Source: an uncultured bacterium (GTDB taxonomy: Bacteria > Krumholzibacteriota > Krumholzibacteriia > LZORAL124-64-63). Taken from it: a DNA stretch of 64,000 nt. The stretch is from the NCBI GenBank assembly GCA_963727525.1, contig CAVSGO010000006.1, positions 128,001 through 192,000 on the forward strand, given 5' to 3'. Below the pieces are notes generated by a model. The model made no database searches and was not told the origin of the DNA. It saw only the letters and a list, made by a program, of their open reading frames with translations. The translations under genes and the position numbers were made by a program. Shown here piece by piece: positions 39,597 to 49,470 of the stretch (positions are counted from its first letter, which is position 1; each line of letters begins with the position of its first letter).

Positions 39597-41516
39597 ATGA
39601 TCCGCAAGCTCGCGTTTATCCTCATCGTACCCGTCTTGATGCTGAGTGCGTGTTCTCAGCATCCCGCCACCAGAACCGACGCGCCGGCGCCGCCCGCGCC
39701 GACGGCGCCCGCCAAGATCAAGGTGAACTCCCTCACCGACTTGCCGGCGCACAGCTACCAGGTGCAGGGCTCGGTCTCGCAGCTCCTGCACGATGACGCC
39801 GCGTTCGCCGCCTTCGCTGCCAAGGTGCGTGCTGATCTCGAGTCGGATCTGGCGACGTACGACATCACCGACCCCAGCACCTTGCAGGGGTACTACGGCG
39901 CCCTGGCGAACCTCGATATGCTCGACGGTCGCTGGAAAGCCCTCGCCGTGGACATCGAGAAGACGCGTGAGCTGGAGAGCAAGCCCGCCGCGCGGGCCAC
40001 CAGCGGCCTCGTCGGCGATGCGCTCATCGCCGTGCACGAGCGGCTCGGCGACGACGTGGCGCTGGAGGCGCTGCGCCCGGCGTTCAAGCGTGAATTCGCC
40101 GCACGGGTGGACACGCTGTCATGGGACCTGGTGCAGGACACGGTGCAGAAGAACAACGGCCGCCTGCAGATGCTGAGTCCCAACCTGGTCAACGGCATGG
40201 TCCAGATGCAGCTCGATCCCATCGTGGCCCAGAAAGCCGAGCTGAGTGGCGATCTGGCTCGCAACGTGATCGGCCTGAAGGCGGCGCTTGCGACGGTGCT
40301 GCCGCTGCGCGATGAGATCACCGCGGTGTATACCGACTACATCGAGCAAAACCAGAAAGAGAAGGAGAACATCTGGCCGCCGCGCGAGGTGACGCTGGGC
40401 GCCGACGGCAAGTATCAGCCGGTGGTCATCGGCATCTGGGATTCCGGCGTCGACCTGTCGGTCTACAAGGATCGCCTGTGGACCAATCCGAAGGAGACGG
40501 CCGACGGCAAGGATGACGACGGCAACGGTTTCGTGGACGATGTCCACGGCATCGCCTTCGACGTGAACGCGCAGCCAAGCACCGAGTTGCTGCACCCCCT
40601 CGGCGACATGATGGGCCGCGTGGAGAAGGCCCAGGAGAACATCAAGGGTCTCATGGACCTGCAGGCCTCGGTCGAGAGTCCGGAGGCCCAGTCGCTGCGT
40701 CAGATGATGGCCGCCATGCCGCCGGAAGAGGTGGCGCCGTTCATGGAGTCGCTCAGCTTCTATGGCCTGTACGCCCACGGTTCGCACGTGGCCGGGATCG
40801 CGTCGGCCGGCAACCCGTACGCGCGGCTCCTCTGTGCGCGCATCACCTTCGACTACCACACGCTCCCGCAAGCCATGACCGCGGAGATCGCGCGCCGCTG
40901 GGCTGACGACTACGCCCGCACGGTGCGGTACTTCCAGGCCGCGCATGTGCGCGTGGTGAACATGAGCTGGGGCTGGACCTTCCGCGAGATCGAGTCGGGT
41001 CTCGAGGCCAACGGCGTGGGCGCAACGGCCGAGAAGCGCGCCGAGCTGGCGGGCAAGCTGCTCGACATCCTCGAGGCGGGCCTCAAGGGCGCCATCGAGA
41101 GCACGCCGGATATCCTCTACGTCTGCGCTGCCGGCAACGACGACAACGACGTGGCCTTCGATCGCGTGATCCCCTCGAGCTGGGACTTGCCCAACCTGCT
41201 CGTCGTGGGCGCGGTGGACCAGGCCGGCGATCCCACCGACTTCACCGCCGGCGGCAAGACCGTGCGCGTGTACGCCAACGGGTTCGAGGTGGAGAGCCAC
41301 GTGCCCGGTGGCAAGGACATGAAGATGAGCGGCACGTCGATGGCGTCGCCTCAGGTGTGCAACCTGGCGGGCAAGCTCTTCACGGTGCGCCCGGCGCTCA
41401 CACCGACGCAGGCGGTGGATCTCATCGTCAAGGGGTGTACCACCAAGCCCGACCACCCGTACATCCCCCTGATCGACCCGCGCAAGTCGCTGGACATGGC
41501 GCTGTCCATGCCATAG
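39597..41516 (+). CDS. Subtilisin-like S8 serine peptidase, lipoprotein
   Basis: Lipobox LSAC; triad IWDSG, HGSHVAG and GTSMASP; AAGND; AGGAGG RBS. Confidence 0.94.
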   Translation: MIRKLAFILIVPVLMLSACSQHPATRTDAPAPPAPTAPAKIKVNSLTDLPAHSYQVQGSVSQLLHDDAAFAAFAAKVRADLESDLATYDITDPSTLQGYYGALANLDMLDGRWKALAVDIEKTRELESKPAARATSGLVGDALIAVHERLGDDVALEALRPAFKREFAARVDTLSWDLVQDTVQKNNGRLQMLSPNLVNGMVQMQLDPIVAQKAELSGDLARNVIGLKAALATVLPLRDEITAVYTDYIEQNQKEKENIWPPREVTLGADGKYQPVVIGIWDSGVDLSVYKDRLWTNPKETADGKDDDGNGFVDDVHGIAFDVNAQPSTELLHPLGDMMGRVEKAQENIKGLMDLQASVESPEAQSLRQMMAAMPPEEVAPFMESLSFYGLYAHGSHVAGIASAGNPYARLLCARITFDYHTLPQAMTAEIARRWADDYARTVRYFQAAHVRVVNMSWGWTFREIESGLEANGVGATAEKRAELAGKLLDILEAGLKGAIESTPDILYVCAAGNDDNDVAFDRVIPSSWDLPNLLVVGAVDQAGDPTDFTAGGKTVRVYANGFEVESHVPGGKDMKMSGTSMASPQVCNLAGKLFTVRPALTPTQAVDLIVKGCTTKPDHPYIPLIDPRKSLDMALSMP

Positions 41517-41528
41517 CGGTCGTCCCCG

Positions 41529-41553
41529 GGAACTTCGCCGCGCGCAGCCGGTT
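41529..41553 (+). promoter_or_regulatory. Putative ECF-sigma promoter embedded in an inverted repeat
   Basis: GGAAC-N16-GGTT; inverted repeat at 41534-41568. Confidence 0.4.
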
Positions 41554-41578
41554 GTTGCGCGCGGCGAAAGGGGATGAC

Positions 41579-42289
41579 ATGCGAACGAGAACGCGCCTTA
41601 TCATTGTCGCACTGGCGGCCGTCACTTTGATGGCGGGCGCCCCGGTTTTACACGCCAGGCCGCTACCCGGCGAGCGTGACATCGGGCGGGATGTTCCACC
41701 CGATCTCCCACCCCAGGCGCCCCTCGGCTATCTCATGGTCGAGGACGACCTCTGGTCGCAATACAGCGGCGAACCGGCGAGTTCGTTTCATGACGCCGTC
41801 CAGAGCTTTCTGGACGACGATCTCACCGCCGCGTCCGAGTCGATCGACCGCGGATCGGCCTTCGTGAGGGTGGAGGGATCGCGCGCCGATCCCGACCATC
41901 GGGCGGCGATCCAGGGGGCGTCCGACGCGCTGACGGCGCTGGCGAACCAGGTGCGGGCGGGCCAGGTCACCGACGTGAAGGACATGAACCCCGTCTTCGC
42001 GCGCGCCGACCGCGTTCTTGCTGAACACCACCTGTTGCTGGCCGACGAGGCCGAGGGCGAAAGCGATGCGCGTCGCGTCGGCCTGCATCTCGAGGCGGCG
42101 GCGCAGTGCCTGCGCGAGCTGAACACATGGCTCGGCGACGAGTCCGATCGGGTCGCCGGCAAGATTCTCGACCGGTCGCAAAAGCTCGGCAAGCAGCTCG
42201 AACAGGGTAAGGCCACGCTCGACGCCGACGCGCGCCAAGCATTGACGGAGTGCCGGCGCCTGCTCGTGGCCGCGCGGCAGCCGCGCTAG
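41579..42289 (+). CDS. Exported all-helical hypothetical protein (YfdX-like, tentative)
   Basis: Signal peptide; amphipathic helices; AAGGGG RBS. Confidence 0.65.
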   Translation: MRTRTRLIIVALAAVTLMAGAPVLHARPLPGERDIGRDVPPDLPPQAPLGYLMVEDDLWSQYSGEPASSFHDAVQSFLDDDLTAASESIDRGSAFVRVEGSRADPDHRAAIQGASDALTALANQVRAGQVTDVKDMNPVFARADRVLAEHHLLLADEAEGESDARRVGLHLEAAAQCLRELNTWLGDESDRVAGKILDRSQKLGKQLEQGKATLDADARQALTECRRLLVAARQPR

Positions 42290-42861
42290 CGCGGCAACGT
42301 CAAGCCCAGGGCCGTACGCAGCGAGGAGTCCGCGGTCGCGTCGAAGGGGCCGAACCAGCGCTGCGTGACGTGGCCGTCGCGGTCGACGAGCAGGGCGGCG
42401 ATGGCATTGGAGCCGTCGGTGCCGATCTGGTGCCGGAACCAGTCCTTGTCGAGGTACAGCGTGATCGTACGTTCGCGCTGTTCGCGGTCGGGGATGCCTT
42501 GACGCATGCCGCCGTCGATCACGCCCCGCATCCAGGCCATGCCGCGGCTGATCGTGGGCAGTTCGTAGTACGCGAAGTGAGGCGTTTCGAGGGGAATCTT
42601 CGCGAGCGGGCCGAGCCAGGTATCGATGTCTGCCTGCTGATCGCGCTCGTAGGCGACGAGGAGCAGGTTGATGTCGCCCGCGAGATCGTCAGGTAGCCGC
42701 AGGGTCCGCCCGCGGAGGTTCTCCGCCTCGAGCACGGGGAAGCGTGCGCCGGCCTCGGCGTCGCGGCGATCGATGATCTTCGTGGCATCGGCCGCGGCGC
42801 TGCCGGCGAGCAGCAGCGAGACGAGCGCGGTGCTGGCGAGGATCGAGGGAGACATGGGCAT
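42286..42861 (-). CDS. Exported thioredoxin-like-fold protein without CxxC (ATP10-like)
   Basis: FP.L.AENL.G..L.LP, QQADIDTW, YYELP, IDGGMR.GIP and LVDRDG motifs. Confidence 0.7.
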   Translation of the reverse strand: MPMSPSILASTALVSLLLAGSAAADATKIIDRRDAEAGARFPVLEAENLRGRTLRLPDDLAGDINLLLVAYERDQQADIDTWLGPLAKIPLETPHFAYYELPTISRGMAWMRGVIDGGMRQGIPDREQRERTITLYLDKDWFRHQIGTDGSNAIAALLVDRDGHVTQRWFGPFDATADSSLRTALGLTLPR

Positions 42862-42943
42862 GGATCCCGTCGTTTCCGGTGGCGTCCGTCACCAACGGAT
42901 AACCACGGCCCCGATCGCCCGCAAGGTTCCCGGCGGGAGGCGG

Positions 42944-43639
42944 TCAATGCAACGTCGTGTCGTCGGTACCGCCAGGGATCACGCGTAGGGGCGGAGGCGG
43001 AGGTGGCTCCGGGCATGGATCCAGATCCTCCAGCAACTCCAGATCGTCGAGCCGCGTGTCGAGGCAGTCCTCGGGGTCGCTGAAGGCGATGGTCTTGCAG
43101 TCGAAGTGGTTCGGATCGAAGTCGGCGCCCAGGACGGCGCGCGCGCCGCGCCGGTGCGGGTGGTGCGGATCGGCGACGGTCGCCAGCAGATCGCGGTAGC
43201 GCGCGATGTTGCCGCAGCCTTCGGGAGGGCTCGCGCGGCGACCCCCGATGCACTGTGGATACTCCTGACCGGGATCGCTCGGCATGATGCGTTCCAGCCG
43301 GAGCGTGAACGACCATCCGTCACCGCCACCGTAGACGTAGTTGCCTCGGCGGCTGTGCACGGTGAAGAACGCCGCGATGGGCACCTCCCAGCCGGGTATG
43401 AACGGTGCCAGTTCGTGCTCCTCGTCTTCGATCGGGATGCCGAGCACGATCTCCGCGCGCACGATGGGCACGGTGGCCACGAAGGCGTGTTCGTGGCGAT
43501 CGTCCCAGCCCATAACGTCCTGGATGGCCACGTGCAGGTCCCAGAACGTGGCCGTGCACGGCATGACCAGCCGGCGCCAGATGGGGGGCCGGATGCCGTC
43601 GAGGGCGATCCTGAACTGCAGGACATGGTCGAGTTTCAT
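42944..43639 (-). CDS. pRiA4b ORF-3 family protein
   Basis: PPIWRR, TFWDLH.AIQ..MGW...H.H.F, YP.CIGG.RA.PPE.CG and FDP..FD. Confidence 0.88.
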   Translation of the reverse strand: MKLDHVLQFRIALDGIRPPIWRRLVMPCTATFWDLHVAIQDVMGWDDRHEHAFVATVPIVRAEIVLGIPIEDEEHELAPFIPGWEVPIAAFFTVHSRRGNYVYGGGDGWSFTLRLERIMPSDPGQEYPQCIGGRRASPPEGCGNIARYRDLLATVADPHHPHRRGARAVLGADFDPNHFDCKTIAFSDPEDCLDTRLDDLELLEDLDPCPEPPPPPPLRVIPGGTDDTTLH

Positions 43640-43782
43640 GATGGGCGCACCGTCAGCAGGAGCCGTGCCGCGTGGCTTTCGGGGTTACTGAAGCCATGTT
43701 GCGCGCCGCCGCGAACCTGACCCCGTCTCCGCCAGGCGACGGTGGGAGGTCCCGCGACACCCGGCGTTGACGCCGGTCGGCG

Positions 43783-44601
43783 TCACAAGGTCATGACAAG
43801 GCGCACGGCGACGATGAAGAGCAGCGCCGCGAACGTGCGGCGGAACCACACGCTCGCCACCTTGCGGTTGAGCCACGCGCCCACCTGGGCCATGGGCACG
43901 GCCGTGGCTCCGAGGCACAGCGCCGCGAGGGGGTTGACGTAGCCGAGGAAGCCATCGCCGATAGGCGGTTGCGGGCCGTGGGCCATGTAGCCGAGGGCGG
44001 CCGCGAGGGACGAGAAGCAGACGACACCGCTGGACGTACCGGCCAGGAAGCGCGACGGCACTCGCCCGATCAGCGCGAGCGCCGGCACCAGCACCACACC
44101 GCCGGCGAGGCCGCTGAACCCCGCGAAGAGTCCCACGCCGAGACCGACGAGCAACCACTGCCACCACGGCGCACGGCGGACGCGCGCCTCGCGGCCGGTG
44201 CCGGTCGCGTCCCGCCCGGCCGCCAGACGGACGGCGGAGACGACGAGGGCCACGGCCAGGAAAGCCTGTAGCCACTGCCCCCCGATGTGCGACGCCGCCC
44301 AGCTTCCGAACCAGGCGCCGGCGATGGTCGAGGGGACAATGGGCAGAGCCACGCGCCACAGCACGCGCCCGTGGCTCTGGTGCCGCGCGACCGAGGACCC
44401 CGTGTTGAATACCGCCACCGTGAGGCTCGTGGCCATGGCGGCCTGGACCACGGCGTGGTCCGGGAGCCCGAAGGCGCGGTACAGCGCGAGCAGCACCGGT
44501 ACCATGACGATGCCGCCGCCCACGCCGGCGAACCCTGCGACGAGACCAGCGAACACGCCGGCTCCAGCGAGCGACAGGATCTGGAGGAGCGAGAGTTCCA
44601 C
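43783..44601 (-). CDS. Sulfite exporter TauE/SafE family protein
   Basis: Duplicated G..GVGGG..VP / G..GLAGG..VP motifs; ATSL and GTS; about 8 TM segments. Confidence 0.9.
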   Translation of the reverse strand: MELSLLQILSLAGAGVFAGLVAGFAGVGGGIVMVPVLLALYRAFGLPDHAVVQAAMATSLTVAVFNTGSSVARHQSHGRVLWRVALPIVPSTIAGAWFGSWAASHIGGQWLQAFLAVALVVSAVRLAAGRDATGTGREARVRRAPWWQWLLVGLGVGLFAGFSGLAGGVVLVPALALIGRVPSRFLAGTSSGVVCFSSLAAALGYMAHGPQPPIGDGFLGYVNPLAALCLGATAVPMAQVGAWLNRKVASVWFRRTFAALLFIVAVRLVMTL

Positions 44602-44701
44602 GCGGCACCTCGAGTATCGACCGGGCAGGCACGGGCGAGCCCGCCCAAGATAGACGTCGAGGCGCCCCGCGCGTAGGGCGGACTCCCGCGTGCCGCAAGC
44701 A

Positions 44702-47700
44702 TCACCGCGCGAGCAGCATCTTGCCGGCCGTGATGCCGTCGTCCGTCACCAGCCGGACCAGGTACACGCCCGACGCTACGGTGCGTCCGCGGGCATCCGT
44801 TCCGTCCCAGATCACCTCGTGCGATCCCGCGTCGAGCGTGCCCGCGACCAGCCGGCGCACACGTTTGCCGTCGGGGGCGAACACGTCCAGTGTCGCCGCC
44901 ATGGCGCGTGGGAGCGAGAAGGCGATGGATGTCATCGGATTGAACGGATTCGGGTGGTTGCCGCGCAGCTTGACGGCGCCGGGTGTGTCGCCGTCGACCG
45001 CCGTGTCTTCCGCCACCTGCAGCGTCACCGGGATACGGGTCTCCCCGCCCGCGCTCGTGGTCACCCGCAGCAACGCATCCTGCGTGCCGCTGGAGACGTC
45101 CGCCGCGTGCAGCGTGACGACGATCGTGGCCTCGGCGCCTCCGGGTACCACGCCGTTCGCGAGGCCGGGCTGCACCCAGCTCACGTCGCGGCCCACAGCG
45201 AACACGCTGCTCGAGTCCGACAGGGCGGTGTCCTGCGCGTCGCTCACGCGGATGCGCGCGTATGGTCCGGGGTTGCCCGCCACGAGCCATGTCCACGCAC
45301 CGGCTGCCGCATCGACATCCGTGGCCAGGCCACTCCAGGGGCCGGCCTCGTCGCGCTGAATGGCCACGTCCACGAGACCCGACCCATTGCCCGCCGTGAA
45401 GGTGATCGGCAGCTCCTGACCGATCACCGCCACCGTGCCCGCCACGGGGGTGTGGAGATCGAGGTAGGGCTGGTCGCTCGTGAGCGTGATCGTTCCCACC
45501 ACCTGATCCGGCTGACCGTAGAGGCCGATATCCTCGAGGGAGTAGGCGAAGGTCACCTCGCCCGCGGCATCGGGTGCGAAGCTGACGTTCAGCGTGCCTG
45601 TGGCCGTGTTGCCCAGCGGGATGAAGGCGGAACCTCCGTCGGCCAACCCGTCCCAGACGGTGACCACCTCGTCGCCCGCCGGACCGAGCCAGGTGAGGGT
45701 GTCGCCGGTCGCCACCCCGAGATCGGTGGCGTCGTTGAGCGTGACGCCCGACGGACACTGCAAGGCCACGATCGTCAACAGCGGGAAGATGCCCTCGCCG
45801 TCCGCATACACGCTCATCGCGATATCGACGGTGGTGCCCGGTTCGAAGCTGGAGGTATCGAAGGTGAGGGTGGATCCGTCGAGGTTCGGAGGCGCCGGCG
45901 TGGCGGCGGCCTTGTGCGCGATCTCGGGCGGCAGCACCGCCGGATCCACCACGGCGACCGCGTAGCCGAGTTGTGATCCCGCCGCACCCGTGTTGGCCAC
46001 GTGCAACGTGCGCGTGACGTGCCCGCCGGGCGGTACCGTGACCACGATCGACGCAGGCGTGACCTCGGCCTGAGGCAGGGCGACCGCACCGATGGGTTCG
46101 AAGCGGATGGCGCGCCCCGCCTCGAGCGGCGTACCGCCGGCGGCGTACTGATTCCAGTAAGTGTAGAGCAGGCCGCCGGTGCGGTCGTGGTTCTGGATGC
46201 CGACCGTCGCGTAGCCGTCGCGCGTGTCGGTGTTGTGCACCTCGGCGTATTGCATGATGATGGCGCCGTCGCCCGTCGCCGTGGGATGCCAGGCCGGATC
46301 GAGCAGGATGACTTCGAAGTTCTCCCGCGCGCGCGAGAAGTTGTTGAGCAGGTTGTACCACTGCGCGATGAAGCGATGCTGCGCCGCGTCGTACCAGGTG
46401 TACACGTCGGCGTTGCCGATCTGGTACAGGTCGTCCCAGAAGACGGCGATCAGGCTGCCGGGACTTCCGGCCGCAGGCAGCGTGACGTTGCGATACTGCA
46501 CGAGCGGCGTCTCGCCCAGAGCGAGCCAGCCGTTGGAACAGATCGACACGCGGTCGAACGCGACACCGTAGTAGCGAAACGGGAACGGCAGGTCGATGGT
46601 CCGCGTCTGGTCCTGCTCGAAACCCTGGTCGTCGAGGTCGAGCGACACGCCGGGGCCTCCGCTCACCGGATCGAGAGCCACCCAATCGTAGACCGGCGCG
46701 TGGCCACTGGCGACGTCGGTATCGTCGAAGGCGTAGTAGCCGCCGGCCCCAGGTCCCGTGGGTGCGTCGGTGGCGGCGGTGCCCACGGTCACGGGCACAT
46801 CGCGGACCGACTGGCCGCCCGCCCCATCCGCGATCGTCAGCCGCAACACAGCGAGGTGACCGGGAAAGCAACCGGGCGCGATCGTGAGGCCGAAGGGGTC
46901 GAGCGTGTTCGCCGCCGCATCCCCGCTGCCGATCGCGCCGAAGCTCCCGGTGGTGTCGGTGATCTCGAGCCACGGGCTGTCCGTCGTCAACGTGGCGGCG
47001 GCATCGGGAGCGGCGACGCTGCCGTCGTTGGCGAGCGTGATGACGAGCGTGCCGGTCTGTCCGGGCTCGAACGTCTCGCCCTCGCTCCAGGTCGGATCGG
47101 ACACGGAGAAGGACGGGCCGTGCACCGTCGCCTGGACGACATCGGTGAAGGTAAGATCGGTGGCCGTCAGAGGCAGCGGCCACCTCACGACCGCACCATC
47201 GGGCGCGCCGGCATCCACCGCGATCGTGACCGGCGCCGCCGCCCACACCGTGTCGCCGGGCGCGATATCGCCGAAGCTCAGGACACCGGACACCACCCGA
47301 CCCCAGGGATCGCCGCCGATGAGCGTGCCGGCCACGGCGGAAGCCGTCGCGGTGCCGAGGTTGGTGATGGCCAGGGAGAGCAGCGCCGTCTCGCCGGGAT
47401 CGAGCATCCCGTCGCCGTTGCCGGCGCTGTCGTCGATGGTCATGGCGGCAACCTCGCAGGCGACAGCGACCTCGCCGACGGTGAGGTCGCCGCGATAGGG
47501 GATCATCCCCAGCGCCGTCGCCGTCACGGTGCACGTGCCGGCGGAGAGAGGCGGTGTGACGAGGGTCGTGGCACCGAATTCGCTGGTGTGGCCGACGACC
47601 TGCAGTTCACCCTCGCGGTACAGGCATACGCGCGCTCCCTGCACGGGAGCGCCGTCGGATACGACGCTGATCGTCACGCTGCCCGCGCCCACCGCGACCT

Positions 47701-49393
47701 GGGCGGGATAGTAGGCCGCGATCGCACTCGGGACGCCGAGCCAGATCGGCGTGGCCGGATCGCCCATGAGGTTGTTCCAGACGGCCCAGATCTCGGCTTT
47801 GTCGGGCTCGGCGAGGAAGTAATTGTCGTAGAGCTCCAGCTTGCCGAGGGTATGCGCCACGCCGATATGCGGGTCGCGCTCGAGTAGTCCGTTCCAGGTG
47901 CCCTGGTAGTAGCAGTTGTTGTACCGGGTATGAGTGCCGACGGTGGCCGTACCGATCGCCGCCACGGCGCCGCCGCCTGACGCCCGCAGGAATGCTTCCG
48001 AGTGGCATACATAGGAGCCGTCGAACGATCCCGTGTCGCAGGTCGGTATGATCGCCACCGGCAGGCGGCCACCATTCGTCAGCACGCCGATCAGGGCCGG
48101 AGAGATGCCGCTCATCTCCAGGTAGCCGCGGTAGCCGAAGGCGCTCTTGCCCAAGTTCAGCGACGTGAGGAACTGCGTGGAGAAGTCGCCGCCCCAGATC
48201 GTGTCGACGGCGCTGTAGCCGCTGGCGAGGAGCCGGCCCTTCAACCACTGGTTCACGGTGATCGTGGTGATGCCCGAAGAACTCGGGTCGCCGATGAGAC
48301 ACCCCTCGGTGAACCAGTTCGTGTCGTCCCGGGGAGGTGCCGTCTCGTAGTTCAGGACCTTGTTCACGATGACGCCGGCCGTCTCGAGGTCGGAGAAGCT
48401 GAGGCGCCCGATATGCACGTCGGAGAGGATGTCGTCGCCGTCGAGCAGCGTGTAATAGTGGTCGCCCTCGCCTCCGTACTGGGAGAGGCCCTCGTGCCAC
48501 GTGGGCACCCCCCAGGGCCCCCACGTGTCCCCGGCGAGCACCACGTACGTCAGTGGAGGGATGCCGGGATCGTCATACAGCGCCTGGAGCTGGGCCTTCA
48601 CGTCGGTGTTGGGACCGGGTCCATGGATGATTTCCACGTGGTAGCCCTCTTGCCGACGCCAGTCGATGAGTGGCTGGAGGGGCGTCAATGCCGTCTCGTA
48701 GCCGTACACGAGGGCCCACGTGCCCGGGCGGTCGTCCAGGGCGGCTCCGCGACGGCTCGCGGGTGCGGCCTTGCCGTCGGGCGCGTCGAACCGTAGCTCG
48801 ATCACCACGCGGCTCGCCGCCGCGATACGTCCATTCCCAGGATCATATGCCACGGGGATCACGTTCACCGCGACCACGGCCTGTCCTGCCATGATCTGCG
48901 CCGCACCCACCAGCACCTGCGCGCCGTCGACCCGCCCGGCGTGGATCACCGCGGCGGGCGCGGTCACGCGCACCCAGCCGGCACGCGCATATGCGCCGGG
49001 ATCGATCACCGGCGCCTTCGCACCGGCCGGCTGCACCGGAAGCAAGCACCCGCCTGGGAGGGCGTCCATCGTCGCATCCACCACGCGGGCGCCCACGCGG
49101 GCGCCGGCCGGAACCTCCACGAGGTGCCCCAGCACCGGCAGTCCCGGCGCGCCCGGTTCGCCGAGGAGCCCAGCGCCGTCGATCGTCAGCGCGGTATAGG
49201 TCGTGCCGTCCACGTCGACGATGGTGCGGTTCGGAGCCGGGATGGCGATCTCGATCCGCGTCGACACGGCGTCGCGCGCGATCACGCGCCAGCGGGCGCG
49301 TTCCGACGCACCGGCGGCGGGCAATGCCGCCAGGACCAGGCTCGTAGTGGTCAACATGCATGCGGCAGCGAGGCCGATACGACGATGGTGCAT
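44702..49393 (-). CDS. C25 (gingipain-family) peptidase-like protein with FlgD-Ig C-terminal domain
   Basis: Propeptide GEPGAPGLP; YVVLAGD, DHYY..LDGDD..SD..IGR, TCDTG and NLMGDP; PNPFNP...ASGVYL C-terminus. Confidence 0.9.
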   Translation of the reverse strand: MHHRRIGLAAACMLTTTSLVLAALPAAGASERARWRVIARDAVSTRIEIAIPAPNRTIVDVDGTTYTALTIDGAGLLGEPGAPGLPVLGHLVEVPAGARVGARVVDATMDALPGGCLLPVQPAGAKAPVIDPGAYARAGWVRVTAPAAVIHAGRVDGAQVLVGAAQIMAGQAVVAVNVIPVAYDPGNGRIAAASRVVIELRFDAPDGKAAPASRRGAALDDRPGTWALVYGYETALTPLQPLIDWRRQEGYHVEIIHGPGPNTDVKAQLQALYDDPGIPPLTYVVLAGDTWGPWGVPTWHEGLSQYGGEGDHYYTLLDGDDILSDVHIGRLSFSDLETAGVIVNKVLNYETAPPRDDTNWFTEGCLIGDPSSSGITTITVNQWLKGRLLASGYSAVDTIWGGDFSTQFLTSLNLGKSAFGYRGYLEMSGISPALIGVLTNGGRLPVAIIPTCDTGSFDGSYVCHSEAFLRASGGGAVAAIGTATVGTHTRYNNCYYQGTWNGLLERDPHIGVAHTLGKLELYDNYFLAEPDKAEIWAVWNNLMGDPATPIWLGVPSAIAAYYPAQVAVGAGSVTISVVSDGAPVQGARVCLYREGELQVVGHTSEFGATTLVTPPLSAGTCTVTATALGMIPYRGDLTVGEVAVACEVAAMTIDDSAGNGDGMLDPGETALLSLAITNLGTATASAVAGTLIGGDPWGRVVSGVLSFGDIAPGDTVWAAAPVTIAVDAGAPDGAVVRWPLPLTATDLTFTDVVQATVHGPSFSVSDPTWSEGETFEPGQTGTLVITLANDGSVAAPDAAATLTTDSPWLEITDTTGSFGAIGSGDAAANTLDPFGLTIAPGCFPGHLAVLRLTIADGAGGQSVRDVPVTVGTAATDAPTGPGAGGYYAFDDTDVASGHAPVYDWVALDPVSGGPGVSLDLDDQGFEQDQTRTIDLPFPFRYYGVAFDRVSICSNGWLALGETPLVQYRNVTLPAAGSPGSLIAVFWDDLYQIGNADVYTWYDAAQHRFIAQWYNLLNNFSRARENFEVILLDPAWHPTATGDGAIIMQYAEVHNTDTRDGYATVGIQNHDRTGGLLYTYWNQYAAGGTPLEAGRAIRFEPIGAVALPQAEVTPASIVVTVPPGGHVTRTLHVANTGAAGSQLGYAVAVVDPAVLPPEIAHKAAATPAPPNLDGSTLTFDTSSFEPGTTVDIAMSVYADGEGIFPLLTIVALQCPSGVTLNDATDLGVATGDTLTWLGPAGDEVVTVWDGLADGGSAFIPLGNTATGTLNVSFAPDAAGEVTFAYSLEDIGLYGQPDQVVGTITLTSDQPYLDLHTPVAGTVAVIGQELPITFTAGNGSGLVDVAIQRDEAGPWSGLATDVDAAAGAWTWLVAGNPGPYARIRVSDAQDTALSDSSSVFAVGRDVSWVQPGLANGVVPGGAEATIVVTLHAADVSSGTQDALLRVTTSAGGETRIPVTLQVAEDTAVDGDTPGAVKLRGNHPNPFNPMTSIAFSLPRAMAATLDVFAPDGKRVRRLVAGTLDAGSHEVIWDGTDARGRTVASGVYLVRLVTDDGITAGKMLLAR

Positions 49394-49470
49394 GGGAGGA
49401 TACTCCTACGACGATATGAGCCCGAGATCGGCATGACGATACGGAGGCCGCCGCTGTACGAGCAACACCG

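Noticed and set aside
42903-42930. Fifth ECF promoter candidate (GGAAC on the minus strand) upstream of 42861
   Set aside because: The spacer to CGT is 18 nt, inconsistent with the other four
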